Shown piece by piece: positions 37,862 through 52,878 of a DNA stretch of 64,000 nt. This DNA comes from Paraspadella gotoi (taxonomy: Eukaryota; Animalia; Chaetognatha): positions 20,647,476-20,711,475 of the forward strand of contig CM119267.1 in NCBI GenBank assembly GCA_051294375.1. The letters run 5' to 3'. Both the position numbers and the translations under genes were made by a program. Within the stretch, counting starts at the first letter, position 1, and every line of letters starts with the position of its first letter. The notes beneath the pieces are model-generated. The model searched no databases. It saw only the letters and a list, made by a program, of their open reading frames with translations, and was not told the DNA's origin.

Positions 37862-38965
37862 GTTTCCAACTAAGAATTTTGCCGTTGCCAAAACAAAAGG
37901 AATTCACATCATTCAAAATTCATTATATCTCTTTCTCAGAACCCTCTATCCCACTCTCTCACTAACTCACCTTTCTGTCCGGTGGCGGCGCGACCGGCTT
38001 CGGCGCGCACTTCCATTTCGCGCAATGACAGTCGTCGACGCCCTCAGCAACGGCTTCCTCGCACTCGGCGTCGCATTTGGGCTTCTCCGTGGTGCAGAGG
38101 CTGTTCTGGCAGGTGTATACGCTGCAGCCGCAGTAGAGGGCCTGTATTCGGAACAAGCGTGAACTTGAGAATTAATCCGTTATGCTTTATGAGCATTTGG
38201 CCAAAAATCTTCTTCTTTAAGTTTTATGAATATGAAGCAATGTCTGGGCACAGCAATATTTGAGTTAAAATTAAAACTCTACATACAAAACTAACCAAAT
38301 TATAAAAGAAATAAAACTAACTAAAACAAAAACTTTTGCAAGTTTCGTTTCGTTTCGAGTTCTCTCACCAATTGTCTGCTCTGACATTTGTCCTCGCAGG
38401 CCGTCTCCTTCTCAAACTTGGCCATAGCCTGAATCTCGGAGCAGTTGCGGGCGGCGCAGGTCCAAATGACGCAATCGCAACCGAGTTCGATGCCCTTGCA
38501 CTGCATCACCGGTTTCATGTCTGAACGGAGAGTAACCATAAAAGCGATATTAAAGCGTACATAATATATAACATCCCGTTTAAGAAAACATTTGGTTTAA
38601 AATTTTCCTTACTATGCCCCTCACCTTCTGGACAGAGGTCCTTGACCTTATTTTTCGGCACCTTGGACACCATGAAACGAGGGGGACAGTCGAAGGTTTT
38701 CGGACAAGTGTTTGCTGATAAAAGTCAAGGTTGTTAACTTGTTATCATTATTATCAGTTTGTTGTAATTCTCTCTCGCTCTCTTTTTCTCTCCTTTCACC
38801 TTTGCTCCTCCGAATTTCCTTCAAAGAGGGAATGTCCCTTCGATACAATTCTTCCTTTTCGGCGATGGGATCTTCGCCGGCCGTCCGCCAGGGGTCGAAA
38901 TCCTCGAAGGCGCCTACGACGGCGCTCAGACAAATGAGCAGCGAGAGGGCGTTGACGGTGCCCAT
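32386..38965 (-). CDS. Large secreted Cys-rich repeat protein with a C-type lectin-like domain and Thr/Pro-rich linkers (~20 exons)
   Basis: Signal peptide MGTVNALSLLICLSAVVG and RR dibasic sites. Many C-x2/3-C-x(8-12)-D-x-C-G-C-x4-C type units. CTLD: A..DC.KKGGTLVTI...WIGLDDR|KIEGVFVW...DCV...GKW...PC.....YVC. The stop position is uncertain. Confidence 0.8.
32955..33157. repeat. (TTTC)n microsatellite in an intron
   Basis: Read directly from the sequence. Confidence 0.95.
35500..36230 (+). mobile_element. TAGGGTG-family element, diverged intronic copy
   Basis: Collinear inverted similarity to 27850-28438 at the terminus and in the TGCTCCACTCTA block. Confidence 0.55.
37697..37897. mobile_element. 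MITE-like element with ~27-bp terminal inverted repeats around a (GA)n tract
   Basis: TTTGTTTTGGCAACGGCAAAATCTTA ... TAAGAATTTTGCCGTTGCCAAAACAAA. Confidence 0.65.
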
Positions 38966-39602
38966 GGCAAAAAAAGTGACTTTATGGAGTAGGAGTAGTT
39001 GTAGAATTTACTAAATTGTTTATTACTTACAAATATTTTTGTACTCACATTTAAAGTTTCGGATCTTAAAGGAAACCAACTTTGGGACAAACGCTTCTCT
39101 TCACGACGTATGAAATTAGTCCCGCTTTGGCACAGTGATTTAAATACCCTTCGCGGTCGCTCTGGTCCTGCCCTTCTGATTGCCATTCTATTGTCATGAC
39201 AGACCAAAACGTCAAGTGCTAAACATTAAAAAAAAACTTTCGATGTCAATCTTCCTTTTATTCGACTTGTTCTTTCTAGAATTTTGTCTTTTATAGGGGT
39301 TCGTTAAAAAAGTATATTTCAATGTCATTCACATTTTTAGGTAAATTCCTTTTAAATTAAATACAGTATATAAAGAAATGAAAAGACCCCCACCTTGACC
39401 TAGCGGAGAGGGAGAAGACGTCAGGACACAAACCACCCTTGAACCCGGGAGGGCGTCGGCGCCAGAAAGTTAATATACGTAGTAAATGTTTCTTATGTTG
39501 TTTGAAATAGTTTTGATATTTAATGGTACCATAATAACAAAATCAAAGCATATACATAGATATTCCAGTTGCTTTTGGCAAAAGTTTTGCCAGCGGATAC
39601 TG

Positions 39603-39776
39603 TAATATCTATTTAAAAAATCTAAACTAATATATAATGCTCACAATTATTCACAAAAGAAATATAATAGAAACATAAAAGCATTAAGTAATATCTATTT
39701 AAAATAATTTAAACTATTATATAATGATCACAATTATTCACAAAAGAAACGTAATAGAAACATAAAAGCATTAAGT
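39603..39776. repeat. Two-copy tandem duplication of about 87 bp
   Basis: TAATATCTATTTAAAA...CACAATTATTCACAAAAGAAA...ATAGAAACATAAAAGCATTAAG occurs twice. Confidence 0.85.
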
Positions 39777-40565
39777 GGCTCCAGTCCATTCCAAAACGTG
39801 AATGATGAATGTTTATATTCCTTGTATAGATATTAACGTCTTTTGTTTATATGCATCTTCTTTCCGCAGCCGACGACGGGCCCCGCTGGCCGAACGGGTC
39901 CTATCGAATTATAAGCGGTCTTCAGGACCGATCCCAAACTTGATTTGGGAATTGGGACGATCCCTAAATGCAAATTACCTTTCATATTGATCAACTTTTA
40001 CTTTCTTCTATTTATTTACTTTTCGTTTTGCTAAAGCTCCATGCTTGACTATCCGTCAATTTGACTGACGTTAACAATATCGACATTTTTCTCTTTCCCT
40101 GTGTCTGGGAAAACTCCGCCGAGACTATTTGTGTTGGATTGTTTATTTTCGCTTTAAATGAACTTAATTAAATTATAAATTGACTTTTAAAAGGCTTACA
40201 TGGTTATCACTGTGATTCCATCGTCAATATTTAGTAAGGAGCCAGAAGAAAGTGTTAAGCTCAGCAAGCGTCTCTTAAGTTAAATGACATTGAATTCAAT
40301 TGTGTTATTACGCTAAACTTTGTATGAGAGAAAGAGAGAAAGAAAACCAAACTGGATTATCACTCCGTTTTACTCTTTATTAGTGAAATGTAAGTCGGTC
40401 TGACCTTCGGACGAATTTGAACCAAAATTCCTTTTCTTAATTCGGCCTCGAGGAATCTCTTCGTGAACGCTTATCTTGTTCGGTTTTTACAATTTCGAAA
40501 TTTGTTTGAAAGAAACTGGTTGTAGTCAGTCAGTTCAGTTTCGCACAGTTTAGTCGACCAAATTG

Positions 40566-42000
<1,435 letters not shown>

Positions 42001-42224
42001 TATTTCGTTTAAAAAGAAAGAAAACCATAAAACACAGTTCACAGTCTTAAGCCATTTACCGAAAAAAAAAATGGTGACTTTGAAAAAAACTATATCAAGA
42101 AATAATAAAATCTCCTATTGATTTTTTACTGTTTTAAAATTTCATAGCCTCTCATTTTTAAAAAAAACAATCTTTTCCAAATCTTATTGTTTCTTTTAAT
42201 TTTACAGAAATTAACTTTACAAAT

Positions 42225-43412
42225 ATGTCGTCCATTCCGATTCTTGACCTCGCGTCTCCAGACAAAACCCATTCAGAGTTGTGCGACGTCCTGGTTGAGC
42301 ATCTCTCGACAATTGGCTTCGTTTACCTGGCCAACCACGGTGTCGATGACAAGCTCATCTACGGATGCCGCGCCGCAGTCGCTGACTTCTTCGCCAAGGA
42401 TCTAGCCTTTAAGGAATCGTTCGTGATGGAGGTTCCGGACAAGCACATTGGGTGAGGGACGGGAAGAATTGTCGGCCGCGCAAGCGTTATGGGCATTGAA
42501 GCTTGAAAATATTGAGGAAAGATATTTGTGAATTATGTGAGATTCTAGGATTGTTAATAAGAAATAATTATATCAGTGATCTCTTCCGATTAAAGATACA
42601 AATCCTACGAATCGGAGAAGCTAGATCCTCGTCGAAAAGAAAGGGACGCACGCGAGGCTTTTATGTTTGACGCCCATGACCCAAACTTCAACGTCTGGCC
42701 GACCGAACTCCTCCGAGACAGTTCTTTGCTGCTCGTCGACAGCATGGGTCGATTGGCAAGACGGATTCTCAGGTTGGCGTGGAGCTTATTTGTTTTCATA
42801 CACATCGTAAGAGATTATGCTACAAAACTAAGCATTGAATCATAAAAAATCTTTATTTCCAAAGATTTTGACATATTTTTTTTTTTTAAGTTTGCAAGAT
42901 TTCATGTTTTATCAATTTTTGACACAAGCAAAGCAAGAAGAAAAGAATACAGTCTTACTGATTTCTTTCAGGATGATCGGCGCTGGTCTCAAGCTTCCCA
43001 ACCCAAACCATTTCGAAGAACTCCACTCATTCCGAGGGATTGCCGATGCGTCCGTCGCATCGGCGGATGACAAGCGGTCATTTACCACTTTCAGGTTCAA
43101 CCACTACCCGCTCGTGCCGACGGGTGGATTAAAAGATGACCAAGTGCAGTGTGGTGAGCACGCGGACTACGGGACTATAACTCTTCTAGTTCAGGATCAT
43201 GTTCCGGGATTGGAGGTGAGGAGAGGATTGGGGGAGAGTAATGCAAGAGATTGGCAGGGAAACTGGAGCCAGTCTGATATGCCTAATGCAGGAGGCATAA
43301 AAAAAAAAAATAAATAAAAAATAAAATATAAAAAAATAAAAATAAAAATTAAAAAATTTAAAAAAATTTAAAAAAATTATGAAATGATAATTATTCGTGA
43401 AACTTTGATTTG

Positions 43413-43448
<36 letters not shown>

Positions 43449-43792
43449 GCCCCTGCACACAGGTCCAAACCAGGCGCGACGGAGCCTTTATTCTCGCCCC
43501 GCCCATCCCGTCTACAATAATCCTTAACATCGGCCTCTTAATGGAGAACTGGACGGCCGGGCGTCTCCGCGCCACCCTCCACCGCGTCATCCGCCCTCTC
43601 AACGCCGAGCGAACTTCCCTCGTTCTTTTTGTGCATCCCGACAACGATGTCACTGTGGAGCCACTGGAAGAGTTAAAGACTGGAGTGGGGGAACAGGATC
43701 TTTCCAAGTATCAGGCCATATCGGGCCATGAGGTGGCCAGGAGCTTGATAGATCAGTTAAATTGCAAGGGAGAGGAGTTAGTCAAGGGGTAG
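42225..43792 (+). CDS. 2-oxoglutarate/Fe(II) oxygenase (IPNS/DIOX_N-like), paralog B, 4 exons
   Basis: IPILDL...TIGFVYLANHGV, FRFNHYP, GEHADYGTITLL, NIGLLMENWTAG, LHRVI and RTS. Confidence 0.9.
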
Positions 43793-44908
43793 TGCTTCGG
43801 GTAGGGAGGAAATAAAGAGCGTCAGAAACAAGCCCTTGTTATCTGTTTAAGCCAATTAAATTTAAATTTTTTATTTGCTTGGGAATTGTAATTTTAAAAG
43901 TTGCTTTGAAAAATAAACATTTAGTGTTATATACAATTTATACATCACAATTTGTTTATTTCAATTTCACCAGACAAACTTTAACAAGTTTAAGGGATTT
44001 TGTTTATTCAGTTCTTGCCTCCTATGTCTTTTGTTCGTTTTTCAAAATATTTAAATACTTTTTCCAGATTCCGCCAGAGTTCATATTAGTCTCCACCAAC
44101 ATTCTGCAGAACGAGAATTGTAACAAGAAAGTTAGTTTCGGAAAGGGCAATAATGCCTCGGTCTTGCTTTCCTAGAAATGAATCAAATAGGTGTCATATG
44201 ATCCCAAGGATCACTTGATTATGAGGTCATTACGATCTTCATGATGCCTGAAGCATAGGACTTATCTACCTATCTACCTATCATAGGACTTATCTACCAG
44301 TCTACCTGAAACGTAAGCTCGTTACTCTTGGTGCAGGAATATCTTATGGATATTTTTATTTTGTTTTTTTTTAACAAAATTTTCTCCCGATTCAAGTTCC
44401 TCAATTTTCTTCAAAAATAAACTTTTTACCAGGGTCCAAATAGTGTTAATCTCGCGATTAATCTTATCTGATCTCCGATGTCTGATTAATTTCATTGTTT
44501 GCTTAAAGAGTTTTTCCTTGGTATTTATATTTTATAAATTACACAATTTACTTGTAATTGATTGCCATGTAAAAATATTTAATTAAATGAAATTGGTACA
44601 ACCAATATAAAATGTTATCCGCTTACTTTTTTTGTTTCAAATTTTAATATCTATTTTAGATTTAAAATTATATTTGATTTAATTTATTATTGTTGCGCAG
44701 AAATCTCTTCCGCGTGTGAATCACACCGTGATCAATTAAACGAATCTCGACGAATCAAACGAATCGTACAAAAAACTAATCAATCAAGTCTAATATAAAA
44801 TCGAATATCTAAAATAAATTTCAATCGCAAAATTCATAATCGCAGAAACGCGGCCACCTATTCTAAAAGACTAAAATAAATAAGCAACGAAACTCTACAC
44901 AAACTAAG

Positions 44909-46028
44909 ATGGCGTGCTACAGGGTCGCGGCAAAAACCTTTATGCTATTGATCGGGGTCATCTTCTGGGGCATCGCCGCCGGCCTATTATACCTGGGAGG
45001 CTTCATACTTTACACCCACGGTCACTACGACGAGATCAGCACGTCGAAATTCGTCCTTTTGCCGGGTGAGAAGTTGCTAATCGGTATTTGTTATGTTATT
45101 GTAATATTGTTGTAATATTATATTGTAATATTTTTAATGTTTTGGTTAACTTTTTACCAAGAGGTTGTGGTTTATAGTATAAACTTTAGAAAATTGCGGA
45201 AAAATTAAAATTATCTAGTACTATTAAGTAATCATTGCATCTTTATCTCCTGGTCAGGTGCCATAATTTTGCTTTCGGGATTTCTATTCGTGGTGCTGGG
45301 CGTCATCGGCTGCTCGGCCGTTTGGACAGAGTCCAGGTAAGACGGGTGGTTTCTAAGTGGATTGTTTTCATTCTCGATTGATTGGTTTAACGAATGAATT
45401 ATTTATGCATTTATTGATTAAAACTAAACGATTAAATTTCATTTGGTTTTCTGTTTGTCCTACAGATGTTTGCTGGCGACCTTCTTCACCATCTTGGTCG
45501 TGATTTTCTCTTTGCTGGTTTCGGCCTGCGTCTTCACCATTATGTACAAAAACAACGACGTAAGAATTCTTTTAAATTAATGCATCGTTTTATTTTCTTT
45601 TATTAATTTATAGTAAATAAAAAAAACTTGTTCTCGGCTGTTTCCAGTTGGAGAAAGAAATGGAGACGGGTTGGGCGGATGGATTCAAGAAATACTTGAA
45701 CGACACCGACTGGCAAGACGAGGTCGACTACGTTCAGTCCACACTACATTGCTGCGGAATCCACAGTGAGTCAGAGTCATGCATTTATTTTAAAACTTGA
45801 GATAGATCCTCACCCTGCCGCCAGTTTTAAAATGTTTGCAAAATTAGGATTTAATTTTATTGACGGATGTTTGTCTCGTGCAGATGCTACTGATTGGCTG
45901 AACCCGAAACTCAATCCAAAGTGGGCGAAGTATCATTTCAACGAAAGCGTCGTTCCTGGATCCTGTTGTGGCAACATGTCCGAGGCTGTCTGTCCGTTGA
46001 GCCGGGCCATTGACAAAATGGGTGAGGA

Positions 46029-46100
<72 letters not shown>

Positions 46101-47828
46101 AAAGAGAACTGTGGCTCATCTACTTCTTTAGAATGCTTCTTTTTAATAAAATTTTCCTTGATGTGATTCTAAGATTTGTTAGCCGCCGCGCCACGATTTG
46201 TCTTCGGAATTTTTGACTTTCTCATGACTTGTTAATGCCAATACCGCCGAAACTATTCCCGAAGACCTTCGACCTTACTCAGTAGTCTTTAGTCCTCACT
46301 CACCCACCGTTGAAATGGAGAGTGAATCTAAAATGTAATTCGTTTTTTCCCCTTTCTTCATTTTTTTCCATTTTTAATCTTTCTTTATTTTTTCCTTTCT
46401 AAACTCGATTTGTATTCTTTTTCTTTCTTTTTGAATTAAAATTCCATTTCTTTTCAGTTGCTCATCTTTTTTGAGTTTCACTCATTTGATTTTTTGAATG
46501 ACAACGATTCTGCGTGTAAATATTTCTTTTTCTTTTTTTTAATAGTAAATAACCTTGTTTCATCCTCTTCTTTTTTTCCTCCGTTTTGTCATTTTTCCAA
46601 CTCTCGATTCCCCTTTTCTCTTCTTTTACCCTTTCCACGTTCCTCCCATCCTTCTCCCACTTTTTTTCTCTTCCCCATTCATCTTTTTAAAGCCCCTTCT
46701 CTCACTCGTTCAATCTTTTATCCGCCCTGAAGAGGCAGTAAAGAGAAATCGAGCGTGACAGAGAACGAGTGAGAGATAAAGCAGAGAGAGAGAGACTCGC
46801 AAGCAAAGTGAGACAAGAACGGGGGGGAGGTGGGGGAGGTAAAGAATTGCCTTTCGATTTAAGTCATTTCGAGTTTCATTAAGAGGAATAAATCGAAAGG
46901 GCGCATTCCGTTGGGAACGATCGCACGTGATGCAGTCCGTTCTTCCAACGTGAGCGACGAACCGAGCAAGTGCGATTGGCGGGAAGGTGACCACTTCGTC
47001 GTTTAATTCAAAGAAAGACCGATCGATGAAAATCCGATCGGATTAAAGAAGATGTCATTGAAAACTTTCTACAGCTACTGATTGAGCAAAACAAAAGTGA
47101 ATAAAGGCGATCTAGCGCGGTGGTGGTGGTGGAACGTGTGTTACACTAAGTGAATTAAGCGTAATGCTACCGTATTTGAGGCTATCGATTAAAAAAAATG
47201 ATTATTGGCAGTCATCAACTTTAACTGAGGCATTTAAGCAATGGATTCAACTTTTAAGTGATGTTATTAGGTTCGGTCCTACTCGATTCTAATCAATCTA
47301 CTCATCTACTCGACGACTTCCTCTTGGTTGTCCTTAACTTTCGTAAAATATTTTCATCCCTTTTTCATTTTTAAATTTCACTAGGATGCACTTCGAAAGT
47401 GATGAAGATATTCAACGACAATTTTGCATGGATCATCTCAGTCGCGATTGTTCTCTCCTTGTCTTTGCTGATTGGTAAGATTATTGAAACAATGATTTAA
47501 TAAATTAATCAGTATTCAGTAATCAGTATTTAATAAATCAGTTAAAACATAATTATTTATTTAAAATCTGAAAAAAAAATACATCGTTGAAATTTTGATA
47601 TTCTTTTAGTGTAAAAGAATAAGACCTGAAACTTTAAACGTTCTCATCTCACGTAATCATTTTCTTTGATCCCCACTAAATTTCTAAGGCGTTCTGGCCT
47701 CCTGCGCCGTGATGTGCACCCGTCGCGAAGGCGGCTGCCGTTTGACAGCGCCGCCAGACGAGAACTACGAGACGTTACAAGAAGAGACCGCGCCGATAGG
47801 AGGCAGAGGGGCCGGGCTGAGGGTTTAA
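44909..47828 (+). CDS. Tetraspanin, TSPAN3/36-like, 7 exons
   Basis: KTFMLLIGVIFWG (TM1), LGVIGC, ES.CLLATFF, DYVQSTLHCCG, VPGSCC, GC then TM4, and a C-terminal YETL (YxxPhi) sorting motif. Confidence 0.9.
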
Positions 47829-49550
47829 ACAGGGTTTGAAGGGAAAAACATTTTTTCAGGGTTTTTGGGGGCTTGTTCATGGGGTGGGGGTTCTGACAGT
47901 TTTATTTGGGAATAGGGAATTAAGCAAGTTAATTGTTGGATGTTGAGAATGAGACATTAGAAAGTACATAAGGCAGGAGGTAAGCAAAGGAGCAATGAAG
48001 AGTAGTTAAGTCGAAGGGGGTAACGTTATTTGAACAAAGTTAAAGATGATTTGAAAAGTCCTTTGGGATGTCCATTCGAGTGTTAAGTGTTAAACTCATT
48101 GCACGGGATTGCACTTTTGATAATACACGTTTTATTAGTTTACGCAATATTCCTTTCCTCATTATTATTTACGAAGAATATTTTGAACGAATATTTTCAT
48201 CGTAATAAACAACCTGAAAGGAATCTCAACTTAAAGCATGTATTTTCTGATTTCTCCCTGTTTCTCTTTCCTTTTTTTGTATTTAAGGGGCTATCATTGC
48301 AGTGCCGTTTTATTGTGTAATACGAGTCCAAAATGCGGTAAAGTCGTAATATGTGATTATTTTTAAAATAAAATATTTTGACATAACCACACATGACAAA
48401 ATTTTATGCACGCCTAAAGACGCAATTTAGGCATTAATATTTTGGTTTCAATTTCAGAGGTTAACTAAAAATTGATAGTTGATCGTTTGTTCTGTATGTT
48501 TGATATGGTTAAAAAATTTCAATACATTTTTTTTGACGTTTCTTAAATATCGAAGCTCTTTTTTATTCAGTCGTAATTAAGTAGAAAAAACTCTAACATA
48601 TGTTATTAATAAATAGTTAGCTATGAATAACAGTTTTATGCTCAATATTTTATTTTCTTTATATTAAAAACATTTTTTTATACAAAACGTTAACAGAACT
48701 AAAAAGTATATAACAAATTTAGATATTCACCGAAATTGGGTTTTACATTTAATTTTTTCAAATCCAAACTGTAGAATCTGATCTCAATCTTATGGAGTCT
48801 TTTTAATGTTAAATTCCACTTGTGTAAAAAAAAATGTTCTTCTCCTCTTCAGTCTTTTTCTATTTTACTCTTATTTTTTGTTTTCTCATTTTTCCCTTAT
48901 CTTTTCTCTGGCACTCCTATACTAGGTACAGTCTACATACTCTACTATCTACATATTACGTACACGATTCAACATATAATATGTGTTTTTGTTATAAGCC
49001 CCTTCAAATTAGCTAGGTGGATAGCGCTGCTCTCCAAGCGAAATTAAAATCCTCTTCTCTTCAGTTCTTAAGTCTAACTCTGATTAAGTTATTTTATTTT
49101 TCTTTCATAAGGTTTTCTCGCTTTTTCGCATGATATTCCCATTTCAACAAAGGGATTATTTTTAGTAAAAAAAAAAAAAATTCACAAGAATTCATTTTTT
49201 ATTTTGTCTTTTTTTTTAAGTGTGGGAATGGAATGAATAACAAATGGGAAACAGGAAGCGCGGTTTCGACCCGGTAGATGGCGAACGAGCGAGACAAAAA
49301 AAAATCGTAAAAAAACAAAATACGTCGGAAAACGGTTTTCTCACTCTTACAGCTTTTTTTTTCTTTGTGGGGGGGGGGGAGAATTCATCAAGCGTCGGCC
49401 AGAGGTCGTATAAGCCTTGAAGGTCGGGAGTGGAGGAAACAAAAGAGCGTTTCGGGATAAATCATAAAAGTAACGCGGAGAAGAGAGTGATAGAAAGAAG
49501 AAAAGATAGAAAGATAGAAAAATTTAAGAGAGAGAGAGAAAGAGAGAGAG

Positions 49551-49581
<31 letters not shown>

Positions 49582-49783
49582 AAACGGTTAAATTATTTTC
49601 TGAATTTTTTTCGAATCGATTATCGCCATCGCAAACATTAAATCATGAAATAATCAAACTGGAAATTTTCAAATAATGACAAGGAATCAAGGATCCGATG
49701 GATACAAGAATATTAATAATATTTCGTAGCACGATTTGTAATCAGGGATCGATGGCAGGACTTGGGACTTGGGGAGGGAGGGG

Positions 49784-49841
<58 letters not shown>

Positions 49842-50006
49842 AAAATAACAACAGGAAAGGAGGATTTCATTTTTCAACAATCATCTGGCAGAGGATATTT
49901 GTTTTGTTCAGTTGATATTTTTACGTTTTTCGTTTTTGTTTTGGCGGTTTGATTGTTTTTATTTTTGTTTATTCGGGGGAAGAGAAGGACGTCTCCGTCT
50001 CGAGCG

Positions 50007-51730
50007 TCAGGATTCTGTCCACAGCGTGTTGGCTGAAGGATGAAAATGGAAATAACGTTTAGTTTGTTTTGTCAATTGGGGATTTTGTTTTCAGAAATAT
50101 CCAAATTTAGAAATAAAAATAGTGAACGGTTTGACGAATAAATCCTATTTTTAGTTGTAAGTTGTATTTGTATTGAAATTGTGCTATAATTCCGCTTAAA
50201 ATTAATAAATTTTGGTTTTTCAAGTAATTTTTTTCTGACCTCTGTAAAACATGGCTTTTTCCATGGTTGGACAACCCCTCCCCTGCTTGGGAAAGTTTAT
50301 GTTTGTTCGCACTGGACGATTGTTTATAGGCATCGTGGGTCGGTTGTTGTTTTCCATTGGGACTTTTGGATGCTCTTTCGTTCCCTGCATTAGCTGCCGC
50401 AGAGCTGCCATCTTAATGTGGAAAACGAACGAGTATTTTTCCATTAGACGAAAAAAGTATTTATTTTAATCTACGTACGAATCAAAGGTGAGAATTATAT
50501 GTGAAATATACTTAATGAATTCTAAATTTTAGAACGGTTAGGGTATTAATTACCTGTCTCGTGGTGATGTACACGGGATTATTCATAAGGATCCACGTGA
50601 CAGACTCTTGACATCCGGGTCCCGTGAGAGAACCCTCGTAGGTGATGTAGTTGTGAGTATCAGGCAGAAGGCGGCGCGGGTACAGACGGGGAATCGTAAA
50701 GTTTTCGCCTGAACAGAGAGAGATAGAGAGAGAATTCAATTTTTGATAAGTAATTTGTACGTTTTTTCGTTTTTCTTCGTCTTTCTTATGATTATTATTC
50801 ATATTATTCATACCGGTTATTTTGATATTAAAACTTACTATTTTATTTTTAATCTTTTGAATTCCCAGCCACGTGACCATTTTTTCTTTTCACTTTGAAT
50901 TTCTTTTTTTTTTTTCGAGGTTTAACTTCGTCCATTTATCATCGGATCAAATCGAACGACACCTGAGCGCTGATCCCCTTGCCAGTTTTGCGCAAACGGG
51001 CGCCAGAGCTTGCCTCAATAGTCTAGACTATCCATTAAAAGTTTGCTAATTTTTATTGAACGATATTGTGAAATTGGTAAAACCAACGTAAAAATCCACT
51101 CATTTAGTAAATAAGCTAAATTGCCCCTGACTTTGGACAGGCTTTGGTGGTTTAAGGCCTCCATCACTCTTACTAGATAATGGCATACCAGGTCCCTGCA
51201 AGGTTTAAATCAAGACTCTATCGCAGTCTCTTTTATTCACTCCCAGAGTACCTGGCTTCCCCATCATTGAGGTGGTATAATATTTCAAATAATGTTACTA
51301 TTGTATGAAAAAATCACTCCCTTAATATTTTTTGACACTACATATTAAATAATTCTTCTCGTAGTAATAAAATCCAGATATTTATAAAATTTTATATTAC
51401 TCGCCTTGAAACATTGTCATTGCCTATATATAATAAAACATTAAGCTCCGGTTTTTTAATTTTCCACTTGCAAGTGTCTCGCTATCATTTAATTGACAAA
51501 ATCAACAAGAATGTACAAAAAAAGAAAGAAAAAAAAGAAAGAAACAAACCAAAAAACAAATACAGTAGCGCAAACAAAGCGAAAAACAAGAACACACGTG
51601 CTGCTCTCAAGCGGAGGTTGCTCTTTTTTCGTTTTTAAATAAAGAAATCGTTTCGATTCTCGCCACGCCACCCACGGCAGGCGCTGCAACAAGTCGTAAT
51701 TCTGAAGGAAACCAAGACGAGATTGAAACA

Positions 51731-51775
<45 letters not shown>

Positions 51776-52818
51776 AGAAAAAAAAAAGGAGGGGAAGAGG
51801 AGAAGGAGGGAGAGAGAGAAAGAGAGAGGAGTACGCCCATGAACTATTTTTGGAGTAAAAACAATTCGGCAGTCTTTTCTTAACTAATGTTGAGGTCCTC
51901 TCTCTCTCCTCCTCTCTCTCTCTCTCTCTCACTCGTGCAGGCGACAGGCCCCTCAACTATCCCGCCGTTACGTCATGTCATAAAAACTTTATCATAAAGT
52001 TTATATGCAAGCTTTTTTTTTTTGTAAAAGAGAGGGAAAAATGTCGAAGAAAAAACAAAAGAGAAAAGAAGAAACGAAATTTCTATCGTTTTTTTATCCT
52101 TTTTAGTCGGAAATTTTGGAAATGGAAATTGTACTGATTGAAATCAGAAATAGTAGTCGTGTAGATTGTGGAAGAGAAATAAAATACACTTCGTTGTTTG
52201 AGGTTTTCGGCTTAGTTCATTACATGATATAACCTCGACTACAACAACAAAATTACAAACGACTCCGCAACCAACAAAGACAACGTCAATGATGAAGGCG
52301 AGAAAATGGTTTCTGATTCGATCATCATCTTCATCCTTGGCTTCGACGTAACAAACTAATTTAAAAAAAGAAAATTCATTAGAAATTTCATCAAAAGTAT
52401 ATGCATTGTGTAGTGTGCATTATGCATAATATGCAGTTTCAATATTGAATCCCCCCAGGAGCCCGGTCTTGACATATCGGCATCTTTCTCCCATTTTTTA
52501 AGAAAGTCTCCATTCCCCATTTTCTCCTTCTCCCTGCTAATTAGTTAACCCCTTTTCCGATTTCCAACTTCCCACCTCCTTACTCTTTCTTTCCTTCACT
52601 TCTCTGGTTATGACGCTCATAAATCGGACGGGGGGCGTTGAATGAAGAGGGGGCTTAGTTATCAGAGAGAGAGAGAGAGAGAGAACGAAAACCCGAAGGT
52701 AAGCGCCGGAATTAAGTGAGTTCCGAGTCGAGAAGGTGCTCAAGTAAGGAGTCTTACTGGAAATAAAGAAGCGAACGAAGAGCAACGAATAATAAAGCTA
52801 GAATTTAGTTCATCGGTA

Positions 52819-52878
<60 letters not shown>

